A DNA stretch of 64,000 nt. Origin: Basidiobolus meristosporus CBS 931.73. Lineage: Eukaryota > Fungi > Basidiobolomycota. Positions 12,160 through 24,833 of the stretch are shown piece after piece. The position numbers and the translations under genes are program-made. Below the pieces are notes generated by a model. It did no database searches, was not told where the DNA came from, and worked only from the letters and a program-made list of their open reading frames with translations. Position 1 is the stretch's first letter; each line of letters opens with the position of its first letter. The DNA lies in NCBI GenBank assembly GCA_002104905.1, contig MCFE01000280.1, positions 39,821 to 103,820 on the forward strand. Direction: 5' to 3'.

Positions 12160-14090
12160 AATGGATACAGTAGCAGCAGAGATCTATATGCTCAGCTTTA
12201 TGTTTGTAGTATAAATGCTCAATGCCGGTCACAAACTCTTTGCACAAAAGCTGTAAATGAGCAGGTTAGTATTGGTGATCCACTTCTGGATAAATATTCC
12301 TACAATGTCCATATTTGACTCCCAATGCTTCCAATGTACTCTTGGCAGAAATGGCTTCAATAGGCCACTTGAATAAATATAAATCCAGTTCATCAAGTCC
12401 TTGCACTTGTATTGTTTCATATGTATATCAGTGTTGACTGGAGCTTGTGACCCTATGCAAAATAGTTTGGTCATGCAGGTGGATCCAATCCAGATCCACC
12501 ATCAAGATCCCATCAGAAGACTGCTATAATACAAGCAGCTTGGAGTTAATGGCCATCTGCAGAATCTGGTAATAGTAGCACAACAGTGTTTTGCTAATTT
12601 TATAGCCAAATAAAGTCAATAAAATGGAATGGTGTTTGTACAGTGTTTTGCCAAGGGTAGAATGGTATTGTAGCAGTCTTAGTGCATTCTACAGCTATTT
12701 GAGTGGATTTAACTGGCCAGTACATCCAATTGTCTTATAAGGCAAAACACTTGATGGTGTTTTGACAGCCTCATTACAAGCTATTGATGGCATTATATGG
12801 GCAGTATGGTGGCCTACAGCTAGTTTTGTATAATGCTACTGTACCAATTTACCAAATGGTATTTCCTTTTTCTACATCCCCATGCACATTTGTATTTTCA
12901 CTGTAGAATAACCGCACTTTTTTTGCTTACCCACTACTACCTTGGGTATTCCACATATAGTTCAGATCAAAGAATACTATGGCCTACTGCTTATTAGCCT
13001 CTACAAACACACACACCTGCCACAATTAACATACTTATATTACCTCTACTAGCAAATGGATAGTGTAACAGCAGAAATCTATGTGTTCAGCTTTATGTTT
13101 GTAGTATTGCCACTCAAATTCTGTGACAAGATCTTTGTACAAAAGCTGTAAATGCGCCAAGTTGGCTTTGGTGATTCACTTCTGGATAAATATTCCTACA
13201 ATGTCCATGTTTGATTCCCAATGCTTCCAATGTACTCTTGGCAGAAATGGCTTCCAAAGGCCACTTGAATAAATAGACTTGTTCTGTTGGATAGTGCCAC
13301 ATTGAGCCAGGAGTGCCAATTGATGCCATAGCATGCCAGGGAGGCCAAGCAAGCCTATACTAGGCCACAGAGTATGAAACATAGCTCAGCATCTTCATGC
13401 AAAGCAGCCCCTGTGCTTCACCCATTTTGTTGGAGAAAATCCATTTTTTGACCTTTTTTGGATCAATGTTGTGCAGAATGTGTAAGAGTACAGAAGGACT
13501 GAAGACATGCATCTGGTACTCAATACCCATGGCACTCTGAATCTATCTTCTGTAGCTAGTATCATGTCACAAAAATGAATGACACTATCTTTGTCCACTG
13601 GTACTATCAGGCACTATATGTAACTATTAGCCCTAGAGTAAGACCTATACAAAGCACATACAGTTCCTGATAGTACCAGTGGACCAAGATAGTGCCATTC
13701 ATTTTTGTGACATGATACTAGCTACAGGAGATAGATTCAGAGTGCCATGGGTATTGAGTACCAGATGAATGTCTTCAGTCCTTTGTGCTCTTACACATCC
13801 TGCACAACATTGATGCAGAAAAAAAGGTCAAAAAATGGATTTTTTCCAACACAATGGGTGAAACACAGGGGCTGCTTTGCATGAGCATGCAGAGCTATGT
13901 TTCACACTCTGTGGCCAAGTATAGGCTAGCTTGGCCTCCCTGGCACACTATGACATCATTTGGCACTCATGGCTCAATGTGGCACTATCCAACAGAACAA
14001 CTCTAATATATATCCAGCTCATCCAGCCCCTGCACTTGTAATGTTGCCTCTGCACATGAATGTTAATTGGAGCCTGTGAGAAGTACTTAG
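12160..14090 (-). repeat. Unclassified decayed coding repeat, about 0.9-kb unit in head-to-tail arrangement, interrupted by a MITE
   Basis: 12158-12455 recurs at 13053-13274 plus 14008-14085; 12465-13050 recurs at 3400-4066. Confidence 0.7.
13275..14004. mobile_element. Fold-back MITE (730 bp; about 337-bp inverted arms, 54-bp spacer), AAT TSD, termini shared with the element at 22484-25901
   Basis: Arms 13275-13611 and 13666-14004 are reverse complements. Ends are AGACTTGTTCTGTTGGATAGTGCCACAT and its complement. AAT at 13272-13274 and 14005-14007; the empty-site equivalent at about 12366-12385 fits. Confidence 0.92.
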
Positions 14091-14184
14091 GGTGGCACAT
14101 ACTCCAAGATATCTGGCCAATTCTTTCAAATTTTACTGGTATCTCAAAGGGCTCATTCAGCTAGAAATGCCTCATGTACAACTT

Positions 14185-17070
14185 CATCCCATCAGCCTGG
14201 CTCATATACACATCCTCATAAAGTTCTCCATACAAAAATGCAGTTTTTGCATCCATTTGATGAATAAAAAACTTATTTTTGGCTGCAATAGCCAAAATTA
14301 ATCTGATGGAATTAAACTTGGCTACCAGTGCAAAGGTCTCAGTATAGTTAAGTCCTTTGCTTGAGAGTATCCTTTGGCAACAAGTCTTGCTTTGTATCTT
14401 TCAACTGTACCATCAGCCTTGTATTTTGTCTTGAAGACCCATCTGCATCCAATTGGTTTTTGGTTGATTGGTAATTTGACAAAGTCCCAAGTTTGATATT
14501 CCATTGGGACCTGATATTCCTCAGTCAATGCAGATCTCCAAAACTTTGTCTGAGGGTTATTTAGGGCCTCTTTTACAGTCTGGGGCTCATCAACATGGAC
14601 TGAATAGGCATAGGCCAAGTTTGTACCCTCATTGATATAGTAATTTGGGCTATTTCTTGTCCAATTGGATCTCCTGGCATTTGACACCGGAATGATCAAT
14701 TCTGGGATACTCTTGGGCACTGATTCTGGCTGAACCACAGTTGTAGAATCCTCTGGAGTGAATAAATTTCATTGTTTTGCTCTGATTCAAGGCTGACAAT
14801 TGGTGGATTTGAGATCAGATTTTTGTCATCATCTGATGTCATTTTTTGTGAAAATTTTGAATTTTCATCAAACAACATATCCCTGGACTTAATTATCTTC
14901 TTTGCTTTGTTACTTTAGAGTCTCTATGCCTTACTCTCATTGCAGTGGCCCAAAAATATGCATTTTACACTTTTTGGCTCAAATTTTGACTGATTTCCAG
15001 GCAGTTTCTTGGCATATGCTGTACACTCAAATATTCTTAGATGTTGTGCACTTGGTCTGTATCCATACCATGCTTCAAATGGAGTAGAATCATAAAGTAT
15101 TCTGTAATAACTCCTATTTTTAAGATTAACAATAGCGGCAACTGATTTTGCCCAAAAATCATAGGAAAATTTTTGATCATGGATCATAGATCTTGCCATA
15201 TCATTTATTGATCTGTTAGCGCATTTTGCTACTTCATTTTGCTGTGGGGAGTATGGCACAGTAGTCTCTTGCTTTATCCCATGAATTTTGCAGAACCGGA
15301 TGAAGAATTTTGAGGTATTTTCTCCACCATTGTCAGAGCATATTTTCTTGATTTTTCACCAGTTTCTCTCTCCACCATGGCATTAAACTCCTTGAACTTA
15401 GAAAGAGCTTCTTCCTTTTGCTCCATTAAGTAGACCCATGTGTATCTTGTATAATCATCAATAAAAGCAATCAAATACTTCATCCTGCCTAAAGATAAAT
15501 TTTGCATAAGTTCACACATATCTGAGTGAATTAAATCTAATTTTTTCTTAGTTTTGATTAACCCAGAGCTCTTGAACAGTTGTCTGGCTAGTTTCCCATA
15601 TATGTAGACTTCATAGTGCTCCAATTTAGCTGGGGGATCAATTATTACTCCGGAAATTAGCTGATCTTTGATCATTTTGCGCAAATAATCAAAATTGATG
15701 TGCCCAAATCTCCTGTGCCAAAGCATTGGTGTTTCTTCATTTAAGTTACGTATATTAGCTTCCAAATATGATGGAATATAAGTCAACTTGTATAGGTTCT
15801 AATCTCTGATGCCCAAAGCAATATGGGCACCATTTTGATCAGTGATCTTGCATCTAGAATTGTCAAAGCTGAATCTGAGTCCTTCTGCAGTGGCCTTGCT
15901 TACAGATAGTAGGTTCTTGGCTATTTCTGGTACATAGAGTACTTCTTTGAAAGTCAGTGTAGGGCTTCCTTCACTGCTTCTTAGGTTGACTTCGATAGTG
16001 CCTTCTCCCTCTGCATCAAGTGTTCTATTGTCACCCATGAAAACCTTCTTAATTGGAATTTCTTGATATTGCGTAAAAAGTTCTTTTTGGTGTGTAAAGT
16101 GCTAAGATGCTCCAGAGTCAATATACCACGTCTGAGAATCCCTGTTTGTGGTCATATTTAGTGCAGATATGAATAGTCTATCTTCAGTTGTTACAGCATT
16201 TCCATATTCAGGCTTCTTTTGCTGATTATCTTTCTTTTTGAGTCACCGGTCTGATGTGTGCCCTTTGCTTTTGCAGTAGTTACAAAGCAGGTTGCTGTTG
16301 CATTTGTAGGGTTTTGGGTACCTCCTTTGTTGGTTATCATTGCTTATTAAAGCATTTTCTTCCTCCTTCTAATTTGCACTTGATTTTCTTAATTATTCAT
16401 CCAGGAGCCTTCCATATACATAATTTAAGGTCAAGTCTTCAGCTCTGGACTCTAGGGCTGATACAAGGCCCAAAAACCTCTCTGTCAGGCTATTCAGGAT
16501 GGTAACTATCTCATCCTCATCAGTAGTTGGTACACCCACAGATTCCATCCCATCTACCAGCAGGGTAATTCTGTTAATTAGATTTTTCATTTCTTCTCCT
16601 GGCTGCATCTTTGTATTGAAGAGTTTTTGTCTCAGATACATTTTCTTAGCAGCTGAACATGAATGGTAGGTGTCTTCTAATGCCTTCCAGGCATTCTTTG
16701 TGGTTTTTGCTCTTGAGCATTGAATTAGCAATTTGTCTTTAACATTAAGGCAAATGCAGTTGAAGACACTTCATTCTTTCTTTGGGTACTTCAAGGCTTC
16801 CTCTCCCATGTATTTAGGAGGGCATTCTTCTCCCATGACAATATCCCAAAGGCCTCTTTCTTGCAGCAGCATCTTCATCTTCACCTTCCACACTTGGTAG
16901 TTGGATCCATCCAACTTTTCAGCAGAGGGAAAATTCCAGTAATAGCAGTAGTAGACATTGCAGAGAGTGAGAGCTTGGGGCTCATAACCTGTTGTAAGAG
17001 TCTTGGAGAAATTGGAAGTGATTAGCAGAACAAGTAGATTATGTGGTTTTCACTTAATGATTTATTCAAT
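14185..17070 (-). mobile_element. Ty1/Copia family A element, 3'-truncated (partial 5' LTR from 16990, PBS 16978-16989, gag, PR, IN, start of RT)
   Basis: PBS GGTTATGAGCCC, WYIDSGAS, LWHRRFGHIN, FIDDYTRYTW, RWVFKTK/RYKARLVAKGY; collinear with 6346-11918. Confidence 0.92.
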
Positions 17071-17169
17071 GGCCCACCTTAATGTGGGGGGCTGGCGTGG
17101 GGGGGATGGGGTTCACATGATGGGAGACCACCCTACCCTTCCCAACCTGGGTTGGGAGGGGGGGTCTTA

Positions 17170-18868
17170 GGGGCCCCTTTGATGGTCTCTCTTCTGCTTG
17201 TTTGTAACAATGCGTTTGGGATACTACCCCATCTCTTTAAAGCAGATTACATCCTTGTAATCATCACTTTCATTTATTTGGCAAACAGGACAGCAACTCA
17301 GGAAGTCTGTGTCCTGGTGTTTCTTGCCAGTATGGTGGATTATTTCAAAGTTGTATCCCTGTAGTCAGAAGGCCCAATATGCTAGTTGGCTGGTCAAGTC
17401 TTTAGTTCTTATCAGCCAGACCAATGTGTTGTGGTCCATTACTATTGTGAATTGGCAACCATTTATGTAGGTATGGAATTGCTAAATTGAATAAACAACA
17501 GCCAGACATTCTATCTTGTTAACAGGGTAGTTATGTTTGTGTTTGTTCAGCAGACAGCTCACATAACCAATTGGGTGGAATTTGCCAGGTTGGTGGTATT
17601 GTCCCAATACAGACACTGTAGAGTGTCTGTAGGGGTAAGGCTTCCATCACAGTTGATAAAAGTTGCACATCCCAGTTGGAAAAATGTAACACTGGGGGTG
17701 ACATCAGGAGGTGTCTCAGCTGATCAAATGCTTCCTTTTGGGGCTCCAGCTACATAAACTACTGGCCTTTCTGTGTTGATTTGTACAAGGGGGCTGCTAT
17801 TGTCTTGAACCATTGGACAAAGTGGCAATTGTAGCTGGCTTATGCTAGGAGCCCAGGCACTGCATTGATATCCTTTGGTGTGGGTGTATCCATTATACCA
17901 AGTTCTTGTGGCTCAGGAGCAACAATTTTGTATTCAAGAAGTGACACTTCTAGGATATAATTTGAGCTGGTGCTTGAGCAGGGCTGTCAGGATACATTGC
18001 AAATCCTGTATATGTTCCTCTACATCAGAGGCATATATAAGATGTTGTCAAGATACATAAGTGTTCATTTCCATTGTAAATTCTCTGGTACCTTATTGAT
18101 CATCCTTTGAAACATAGCAGGGGCATTGCACAAGCCAAAGGGCAGTTGTTCCTATTGGTACTATATAAACAATGTAATGAAAGCAGTGTTGGGTTAGTCT
18201 TCTGGAGCTACTTCTATTTGCCGATACACAGAGATTAATTCAAGGGAGCCAAAATATATAGCTCAAACTACTCTGTCAAAGATATTGTCTGTTTGTGGTA
18301 GTAGATGCATGTCCTTCCTGATGATGGAGTTCAGTTTTTAGTAGTCAATGCAAAAATGTTACTTTCTATCCTTCTATGGGGCTATCACTACAGGGGAGGC
18401 CCACCAACAGTGCCTCTGTGCAATGATATTGTCCTTTAACAAGATTTCATTAGTCTATTTGATATATTCTGAGTCAATTCTTCAGTTCCTATAGGCTTTT
18501 TGCTTGATGAGGTATTTGTTGACAAGGTAGATTTGGTGATATACCCCAGGTATATGGCCAATTGCCTGGTCCTTAGAAAATACTCAAGCAAGAGAGTGCA
18601 TTCTTTCTAGTAACTTGTCTCATAGTGTAGGTGGTAGACCAGAGTCCACATCCAGCTTGGAGAGCTCCTCTTCTGGTTCCTTGCTTTCAATGTGTTATAA
18701 AATAGGGGTGTGAACACCTTCCTGTTATGGTAAGCATTCTTATTAGGTAAGCACAGGAATAGGAGGAACAATGTATGAGGGACTCATAGGGAGGATACTG
18801 GGGATACTTTGGTCAGGACTCAGGGGGAACTCTTGGCCAAAGAGTGAGCGTTACACTTAGTACCCACA
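17170..18868 (-). mobile_element. Degenerate Gypsy family F fragment (RNase H, RT, half LTR 18690-18868)
   Basis: Collinear with 32330-33790; the LTR end TAGTACCCACA matches TAGTACTCACA at 29931 and 36146. Confidence 0.85.
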
Positions 18869-18879
18869 CAATGGAGATA

Positions 18880-21390
18880 AAATACACACTTTGACATGAT
18901 GGCCATTGACTGTTATCCTGCTGGCAAGCATACAATATTCATGCAGAAATGAATACAGGTAGCTATCCAGGTTGGATAGTCATTGAGGTGCAGATATCTG
19001 GGAGAATACCGTCAGATTTTGGCTCTGGTATCTTAAGATAGATGGCAGTTTCAAGTTGATGAGAATTGATCACCAGCAGAACTTTTAGGTAAAGTACTTA
19101 TTTAACAAGTGTCAATCAAGTGGCAAGGCAAAGGCATGATCATACATATCTTCAAAGTAGCCGTTGCTTCTAAGCTGTCTATAATGCTTGCCATCAAATG
19201 TATGGGATATGTTTGTGCTTGATTGATATTGAGTGCAGTACTTCATAACTTTGCAATATTTGTTGGACTGCCCAATATTCTTTAAACTGATAATACTGGA
19301 ATATATCTGGAGCATGAAAAGTGCTTAGCCCAATGGTGGTTGATACCTGACAAATGGAACTCCTTGCTATGGTAGCATTTCCTGATGTTAATGTCATGCA
19401 ACTGTTAATACATGCGGTTATCAAGACAGTCTCTGGGTCATATGTTGTCAGCTGCATGACAGTTATCCATTTATACTATGTACATGTTAAGTTACATCCC
19501 AGGATGATATTGGCAAGAACTAGTAGTAAATCAGCAAAGCCCCCATTACTGATATTAGTAGAACAACACCACTTCTCTAGCCATAACAGCACATTATTCA
19601 CAAGTATATGGATTACTGGGCTCACTTGACTCAATAAAGAACCTTCAACATTCTTTTACATGAGTGTTGTCTCATTGCATATTCAGATTTTGCCAGGCAC
19701 ATGCAGAGTACTGCTGTCAGTGGAGATAGGCTCACAAACTATCAGTAAGCCTGCTTCTTCAGAGCTATTACTCTGCATAGCATATTCAGAAGGCTGGGGT
19801 GAGCCTATAGATGTCATAAACTGACCTAACTCAGTTTGCCTAAGGTGACAAGTACAGCAAGGTGCTGTTACAGAGGTATCAACTGACTGGCACAATATTG
19901 CTGGTACAGTAGTGACCAAAGAATGATCTAATGAGACTTTTGTGACAAAACACTGCTGTAACTCTTGTAACACATCCTATGCTGTCTACATGCTTCATGG
20001 ATGAGAGGCTTGCTACAATAGCCACAATTGTCATTTCTCTCTTCTCTTAAAGTATTGAGTGAAAGAAGTCTGTGGTAATCAAATACTTTCCATTACCACA
20101 ATATCTCAAAACCAATATGGCGCTCATTTCTTTGTTTTGCTTTTGCTATTGTAACACACAAGTGAAAGATCAAGAAATGCCTACTTTGAAGGACAAAGCT
20201 CAAGACCCTGACAAGATATCCACCCAAAACATTATGTCATGCTGAACACTCCATAGCCAACACATGTTTCAAATTAAAGCTCATCTGAAGCAGCAATTAA
20301 GAAGTTATGATCAAAAGAGTCCAATTACAAAGTATATTAGGCCTCTATTGCTTGAATTACTATGGTGCCTTTGATCACATGTAGCAACTGAGCCAGCCAA
20401 TCATATCACGTGATACTCTAGGGGAGCTCAGAATTACAATATTAGAAAATGTTTTCTCTGCAAGGAAAGTGACTTCCAAATAAGAAAAAGTTACTACAAC
20501 AGTAAATAAGCCCAATAGCCAACAGAAGGTCAGAAAACTGCTGCACAAGTGAGAAACACTGCCTACAGTATATTTTGTGCCTAAGACTGAGGTTATTAGT
20601 GAAAGTTATATCTTCTATCAATATATCAACCTCCTAATAAACTAGTTCAGTACTAGCATACTGAAAGTTGTTGTATAATGTTGGTCAGCATCTGCATTAT
20701 AGAACAAGCCCCAAACTAATTATGATACAACACAACAAGTCTTGTCCACGGGGCAAACAGCTTAACACTCAACACTGTAACTCCATTATATGATTTTCTT
20801 GTTGATACTCATGTGAACTTAAGAAAGTCCTGTATTTGAGACAATGCATTTACATGAGTGAAAGATTCAATGATGACCTGCCATAGTTCACATTACAAAT
20901 AAAGCTGTGGCACCACATACACATGTATATGTATCACCGTTTCCCCTTTGGTCTAACTCACTTGTATATTTGTGCTGCCAAAAATAAAGCAAAGTCATCT
21001 TGTTCCCAATAAAACACCACTACTGACAGCAGCAGAAAAATGGTTTGACAACAGCTTGCTTTGACATTCAGTGCAACAGGTGAGGGTAAAGCCAAAAAAG
21101 GCCTGGTGAACAGTATGCCTGCTGCAAGTAGTAATGCAGACACCTCAGGCTCTCCATCAAGTAGGCAATTGAGAATCTCTGTTGAGCTGCAAGCTGACCA
21201 CAATGCTCAGGCAGATGAGAATATAGCAAAAGCAATACCTTCAGTTGAAAACCATTAAATGGTTGTTGTAACATCACCACCCACATTAGCAGGTAGTTTG
21301 TCAGCTCATACTAAAGCATTATCAAGGCAATTAGGTGCAGTGGCTGATAGGATATATGCAACAGCCTAGAGAAATCAGAATATAGTCCAG
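18880..21390. mobile_element. CACTA/EnSpm-like DNA transposon relic: transposase on - (about 18880-20050), accessory ORF on + (from about 21040), truncated
   Basis: The minus strand reads FDGKHYRQLRSNGYFEDMYDHAFALPLD...ILINLKLP...RY...LDSYLYSFLHE, matching the Transposase_21 pattern (FDG..Y..L...G.F...D.A...DG; INLNLPP..R; LDSFL.P..E). 19560-21390 is an inverted copy of 57530-58671 with about 690 extra bases. No TIR found. Confidence 0.65.
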
Positions 21391-22057
21391 GGGAAGTATT
21401 TAGATTCAGGAATGCATAGTTCATCAGGGTAGATGGTATTTTCAGATTTGGCCATAGAAACTAAAAGGATAGTAGAGACAGTATTAACGTGAGATCTGTT
21501 GGCAACAAGTAGGGCAAGGATCTTGTAAATTTTACCAAAGTTGAAACCGTATTATTTATGACCCAATAAACAGAAAGACATTTGAGGTCATTAAGATCTT
21601 TGTGGGAGGAGGAGACATCAAGATAGAGATTGACAGAATTTTTGACACAGACATGTAAAGGAAGGATGGAACCTCTGAGGTGAGTTTTGGGAGAGACAAG
21701 ATTATCAGCAACAGCAACGTAAGGGATGAAGATGTTGCGTAATTCTTAAATAAGAGGGATGTGTTTGATGCCACCAATGATGTAATAACCTTTGTTGTTG
21801 ATGAGGGGAGTTTTGCAGACAAGTTTGCTGTTATGGTGGATGTAATGTCCTTTGTAAGTAAGTCTTTGAATGATAGCATCATCAGAAGATATTTTTGGGG
21901 GGATGAATTTTATGTCAAAACCAAATTTATCATTAAGTTTGAATTCAAGTTTTTGTAAGACCTAAGTATAGGAGTGGGATATGTTAGCATCAAAACCATA
22001 TTCAAAGAAGAATCTTTGTAAAAGGTTGGAACAAAGATTCAAGAGGGAGGGAGGCAT
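21390..22057 (-). pseudogene. RNA polymerase second-largest subunit (RPB2/beta-like) N-terminal relic, probably viral
   Basis: From ATG 22057: MPPSLLNLCSNLLQRFFFEYGFDANISHSYT*VLQKL...DIKFIPPKISSDDAIIQRLTYKG...VCKTPLINNKGYYIIGGIKHIPLI*ELRNIFIPYV. Aligns in order with Rpb2 blocks FFREKG..S, PQEARLRNLTY, GRLPIM, GYFIINGSEKVLIAQE. No introns; stops at 21962-21964 and 21746-21748. Confidence 0.72.
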
Positions 22058-23226
22058 AATAGGGTGCTATATATTAGTGGTAGAGCAAGGAGGAAGAGCT
22101 GCAAAATAATTCAAAGTAATAAGTTTAAATGTAATGAGTCAGAACAAATAAATTTAAACTGGGACTAATTGTGGTTTTGTAAATTGAAGGCAAACTCCCA
22201 TGTTACCAAAGATACAATCTATCAATTGGGTTAAGTCAGAATTGTTTGAAGAATTAAAGGTATTTTTGTTGGAGCCAGTAGTGACAGGAGGGCCATACAT
22301 GAGAAGATTGGTAATGTATACATACAATGGGCAGACAGATCCAAAGGATTTGTGCATCAAACAGTAAGAAATCCAGAAGGGTTAATATTTTGTAAGGGAG
22401 TAGCAAAGGAGAAGTTTGCCCAGGGAGATAAAAAGGTAGAGACAAACTATACTACGGCAATGTTTACCTTGAAGGGCAATAATAGACTTGTTCCATTGTA
22501 CCATGCCAGGGTGTGCGGCACAATCCACAGTTGTAAAGAACAATCAGGCACAATATTATAGCTACCAGAAGGAAGGATTGTTCTTGGACAATTTTGCACT
22601 ATGCGGGACAATCTCGCACACTATGGCGCAATCTGACACAATGAGGTTGGCATGGATGATTGCGCCAACTTGTAATGTTTGCATCACATGCGCAATTGGA
22701 TACTGTTATTATGGCAGGTAAAATCCAGTATTTGGATATGTTTCTTTAATGTAAATGGAAATGAATGTGTATCATACTATAAACTACACAGATACTTACC
22801 ATTTTGATTACCCTCACTCTAATTGGATGGTATCTCAGTGGTTAATTGGTCCAAAAGTATCCTGAAGCTGGCAGCCCCCAATTGGCTCATTGACTACTAG
22901 AAAAGCTACCTGATTTGCCATCAAATATCCCATTTTGCTCATTGAGCAAGTAAATCCCTGATTGTAGTGATTGGCCAAGGTGTCATAGCCAGCACGCAAG
23001 CAATTGTGTAGGTGCAAAACAGATCCAATAGCTGCACTAGTATTACAGATGACATATATATATGCAGGGTGTTTATTTATAGGGGTTCTGTCTCAAATGT
23101 GAGATGACCTAGATATTACTTATATCAAGAATTTGATGATCACTGATTTGCAATGGCTTGATTTGGATTGCAAAAAAAATGGGTTGTCAGGATCATTACA
23201 AATTTGAGCAATTCCAAGCAATTGCA

Positions 23227-24474
23227 TTATCTTCTCCTGGGTTTTTTTCTCACAGGGATTACTACTGAAGCATCTGGTAGTGACTCACTTTGCACACCTA
23301 TACTACTTCCTGGCTGACTATCATCTTGGCTACTTGTGCATTTGTAGTCAGTATTTTGCCTCCTAGTTGATGAGTGTGATGCTACAGCTTGGCCACACTG
23401 AATTGCTCCAACTGAACCAACTGAACCGGCCTGTAGGGCCACACGCTGACGTGTTCTTTTACTTGCCAAGGGCTCTGGTGGTTGAGGCACTTCATGTTGG
23501 TCATCATCAGTCAGTTCACCAGAAGTAACTTGCTGATGGTCAGGCAAAACGGCACGTGCAGGCGCGCCTTGATGCATTGAGATGGCCCTTGGCTGAGTTC
23601 AATGTGATGCTGCAAGTTGATGCAACTTGGTCCGCTCCAATGGACTGGTGTCTAAATTAGCAGTTTGGCGAGTTCTTGTAGTTTTGCTCTGAAGCGCGCA
23701 TGTTGACCCAACGCGTGTTGACTCAATGCGGGGCGTTCTGGTAAAGGGTGTTGGCGTACTCTGGACTGACGTGCACTGGTGCGCTGTGGTTGCAAGAGAT
23801 GGTAGGGAATCCAGCAAGGCATGCTGGCGTGATCTGGACAATGTTGCTTGCAGTCTGTATTCTTCCTCCTGAAGCTCACCATCTGATTCCTCAAGGTATT
23901 CACTTACCCTCTGTCTGATACTTTGGAGCTGTTGCCTGGATGAGTCCTATGTATATTGCTCTTAGAAGCCACTGCGCTCTACTAATATATCACATAGTAC
24001 ATTAGTCATTTGAGGCAAAAACTCATTCAAAATCTCTTTGGTTCCCAAAGTTGAGGCACAAACGGACGCGTCCGGCCCATACTGTGCAAATTGCGCGCAA
24101 AATTGCTCCCGTGCGGCTTCTTTGTCAAATCCCCTCACTCTCAGCTGATTCTTGATTTCAATACTTGTCTTGTTATATATCTTTTTACATACATTGGCTG
24201 GCATCTTGATGTAGAACTCATGCCACAGCTTTCTACTCAAATTCTTCCATCTTTGTCGACTCCCTGAGGTATCTAGTTCTGCTAGATTAATTAGTAGTGC
24301 CCTAATATCTGTATGAAGGCTCATCGTAGACACTTGGGCCATACTAAAATCATTTGGCAAGAACTCAAACGGATCTGACATCGACTTTTCCGGTCCGGAC
24401 TGTGCTAGTGAGCTGGGGGATGGGTTTTGTCTGGGTTGTACTAAAGATGAGTTGAGGCTTGGTATGGGGACCAT
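23227..24474 (-). pseudogene. Accessory ORF2 of the PHIS element (415 codons, 3 internal stops)
   Basis: ORFs 23962-24474, 23599-23841 and 23227-23577 share one frame, separated by TAA, TAG and TGA. Helical N-terminal half, low-complexity C-terminal half, ends in the basic NLS-like PVRKKPRRR. Confidence 0.75.
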
Positions 24475-24833
24475 AGCAATGGATTTGGATACTTATACAG
24501 CAGTATATTGGCATCAACCTGGTCTTATATGAAATATATATGAAAACTAATGTGATTGTTGAATTTTCCATATATTATGCATGATGCATCTTGGATTGCG
24601 TTGACACGGATCAGATCACATCAATTGCAGATTTCCTATTTGATTATAGACCTATGATTAAAGCATCAATAAAAGTACCAAGGCATTGTTTGCGGATGAT
24701 TTTTGCGACATAATGACAGGATACATGGCAATTGATGGAGATTTAACCATAATGTATTAAAAATCAGATAAATAATGCGTATCGCGCCAAAGCAATTCAA
24801 ACCGCCTCAATACAATCATCCACCAATTTTAAT

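Noticed and set aside
17086-17164. G-run tract (possible G-quadruplex) and an 8-bp hairpin
   Set aside because: Single occurrence at a junction of decayed elements; no support for function.
21556-21958. ORFs 21556-21882 (-) and 21761-21958 (+) as genes
   Set aside because: Both are shadow frames of the RPB2-like minus-strand frame, which alone carries ordered conserved motifs.
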